Source: Planctomycetota bacterium (lineage in GTDB: Bacteria > Planctomycetota > UBA1135 > UBA2386). From it: a DNA stretch of 64,000 nt. The stretch lies in assembly GCA_050181465.1 (NCBI GenBank), contig JBFXDD010000002.1:117320-181319 (forward strand), given 5' to 3'. The notes beneath the pieces are model-generated. The model worked only from the letters and a program-made list of their open reading frames with translations, was not told the origin of the DNA and made no database searches. Positions 62,709 through 64,000 of the stretch are shown here, piece after piece (the stretch's first letter is position 1; every line of letters starts with the position of its first letter). The translations under genes were made by a program, and so were the position numbers.

Positions 62709-64000
62709 TCAGCGGCTGCGCCGGTAGACGGCGATCCAGAGGTCGCGTCGATAGGCCGCCTCGGCAGCGACCGCGACTCGGCGGAAGCCTGCCGCATCGA
62801 ACCACGCGTCGAGGGCGCTGAGCGCGCGCGCGAATCGGGTCTGCGGCCGTCCGAAGATGCGGCTGCGCAGCGTACGCATCAGGTGATGTGCCGAGACGGG
62901 ATGGAAGAAGGACACCAGCACGGCGCCGTCGGCGATGCGGGCGGCTTCACGGCAGACGGCGTGCGCGATGTCGTCGGGGACGTGGTGGAGGAATCGGAAG
63001 ACGATCACGCCGTCGAACGCGCGATCCGCAAAAGGCATCGCCAAGGCATCGGCGCAGGCCAGCCGATCGTCGGCCGTGGGATCCTTCCCCTGCGCTGCCT
63101 CGGCCAGCATGGCACGAGAGCGATCCGCTCCGTGCCAGCGGGTATCGAGATCCTCGCACAGGGATCGCAACCGTCCGCGGCCGCAGGGCAGATCCAAGAC
63201 GTGTGCACCGGGTGCGAACGGCCATACCGACGCGAGCAGCGAGCGCTCGCGACCGTCGCGGGACCTGCTCCGCTCGCCGTATCGCTTGGCGCGGAGCGCG
63301 GCGTCGTAGCGACCGTGCGTATCGAACGGCGGCAGGGCGGAGATCACCGCGCGCGTGCGGGTGCCGTGTCCGCTCGCACGGAGCATGCGGACCGCCGCCC
63401 GGAGCGCGAATCGCCGCGCGATCACGATCCCCGCGGCAGACTTGATCGTGCGGCGCAACATGCGCACGAGATCCCGTCCCGACGCGCGACCGCGGCGGCC
63501 TCGATGGAGGTCGATCACGCCGAAGTCGACGCCGCCTTGGTCGTTCGGCGTCGCGAACACGTGCTCCAGCGACAGGTCGGGCAAGACGAAACCGGCGCGG
63601 ACGAGCGCGCCGGCGAAGTCGGCTGCCGCCAGCACCGTGCGAGGATCCACCCCGGTGCGAAGGAATCGGTCGCGCAGACTCTCACCCGCCAAGTTCGCCA
63701 GGAGGCAGCAACTGGCGGCACCGTCGATTCCGAGTGCGACCGCCCGAGCGGCGCGGAACCCGCGAGCCTGGAGGTCCTGGGCCATGCGCACCTCGCGTTC
63801 GGCGTCGTGAGTGCAGCGCGGCTGCGACCAGCGATTGCGCCAGCGGTTCTTCGCCTGCGTCCTCGTGAATCGTTTCAGCCAGTAGACCCCGCCATCGTCC
63901 GAGTGCACGCGGTGCACGTTGCGCCAGCGATTGGGGGGCAGCACGGGTTCCGTCTCGGCCCGCGCGAGTGTCCGCTCCAGATCGACGAAGCTCGCGCGCT
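62709..64000 (-). CDS. fusion protein: lipopolysaccharide-kinase (Kdo/WaaP)-like N-domain + class I SAM methyltransferase C-domain (5' end may lie outside the window)
   Basis: The N-half reads VYWLKRFTR...EVRMAQDLQARGF...LPDLSLEHVF...FGVIDLHRG. The C-half reads HVLDLPCGRGRL and ALAMPFADRAFDGVIVFRFLHHVP. The frame stays open from the GTG at 63944 to the window end. Confidence 0.65.
   Translation of the reverse strand, partial: RASFVDLERTLARAETEPVLPPNRWRNVHRVHSDDGGVYWLKRFTRTQAKNRWRNRWSQPRCTHDAEREVRMAQDLQARGFRAARAVALGIDGAASCCLLANLAGESLRDRFLRTGVDPRTVLAAADFAGALVRAGFVLPDLSLEHVFATPNDQGGVDFGVIDLHRGRRGRASGRDLVRMLRRTIKSAAGIVIARRFALRAAVRMLRASGHGTRTRAVISALPPFDTHGRYDAALRAKRYGERSRSRDGRERSLLASVWPFAPGAHVLDLPCGRGRLRSLCEDLDTRWHGADRSRAMLAEAAQGKDPTADDRLACADALAMPFADRAFDGVIVFRFLHHVPDDIAHAVCREAARIADGAVLVSFFHPVSAHHLMRTLRSRIFGRPQTRFARALSALDAWFDAAGFRRVAVAAEAAYRRDLWIAVYRRSR

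Noticed and set aside
1-64000. Looked for CRISPR arrays, rRNA/tRNA genes, integrases, transposases, toxin-antitoxin pairs and known defence-system hallmarks (nucleases, STAND/AAA+ ATPases, reverse transcriptases, restriction-modification methylase pairs).
   Set aside because: None was recognised. The two class I methyltransferases look like small-molecule or protein methyltransferases, with no adjacent nuclease and no DNA-methyltransferase motifs such as DPPY/NPPY or PCQ.

Overview
The window is a GC-rich chromosomal segment (roughly two-thirds G+C by eye, not computed) from a diderm bacterium. I call about 46 protein genes and found no rRNA, tRNA, CRISPR array, transposase, integrase or obvious prophage. 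Many very long ORFs in the six-frame track are antisense shadows of real genes, which is typical of high-GC DNA. Recognisable housekeeping genes are ftsK, dnaB, bamA, hutH, hutU, pnp, queE, a stand-alone coaB-like gene and a family-4 uracil-DNA glycosylase. Envelope and regulatory genes include a histidine kinase/OmpR pair with a HEAT-repeat protein, and a TolC/adaptor/split MacB-type ABC exporter. There are also a TMTC-like TPR membrane protein, an ECF sigma factor, a PilZ protein and a pentaheme cytochrome c. The family content (DUF1570-like protein, small basic protein, TMTC-like protein, very long periplasmic adaptor) hints at a Planctomycetota/PVC-like lineage, but that is inference only. 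Five observations stand out. (1) At 30.7-43.1 kb, two paralogous lipoprotein secretins bracket ExbB-ExbD-ExbD and two large TPR proteins. No secretion ATPase, pilin or TonB is present anywhere in the window. (2) At 27.0-29.6 kb, a compact three-gene operon encodes a CapB-type BY-kinase-like P-loop ATPase, a coiled-coil protein and a MamK-family actin, with no other magnetosome genes nearby. (3) A roughly 180-bp intergenic element with terminal inverted repeats (MITE/Correia-like) occurs three times, once between hutH and hutU. (4) A motor-less FtsK paralog (4TM + acidic linker + gamma-like wHTH) lies directly after an ftsK whose product carries a 115-residue poly-acidic tail. (5) Three phased DnaA-box-like motifs sit upstream of dnaB, and an orphan plus-strand intrinsic terminator sits at 7.5 kb. 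All functional calls rest on motif recognition by eye. No database search was run.
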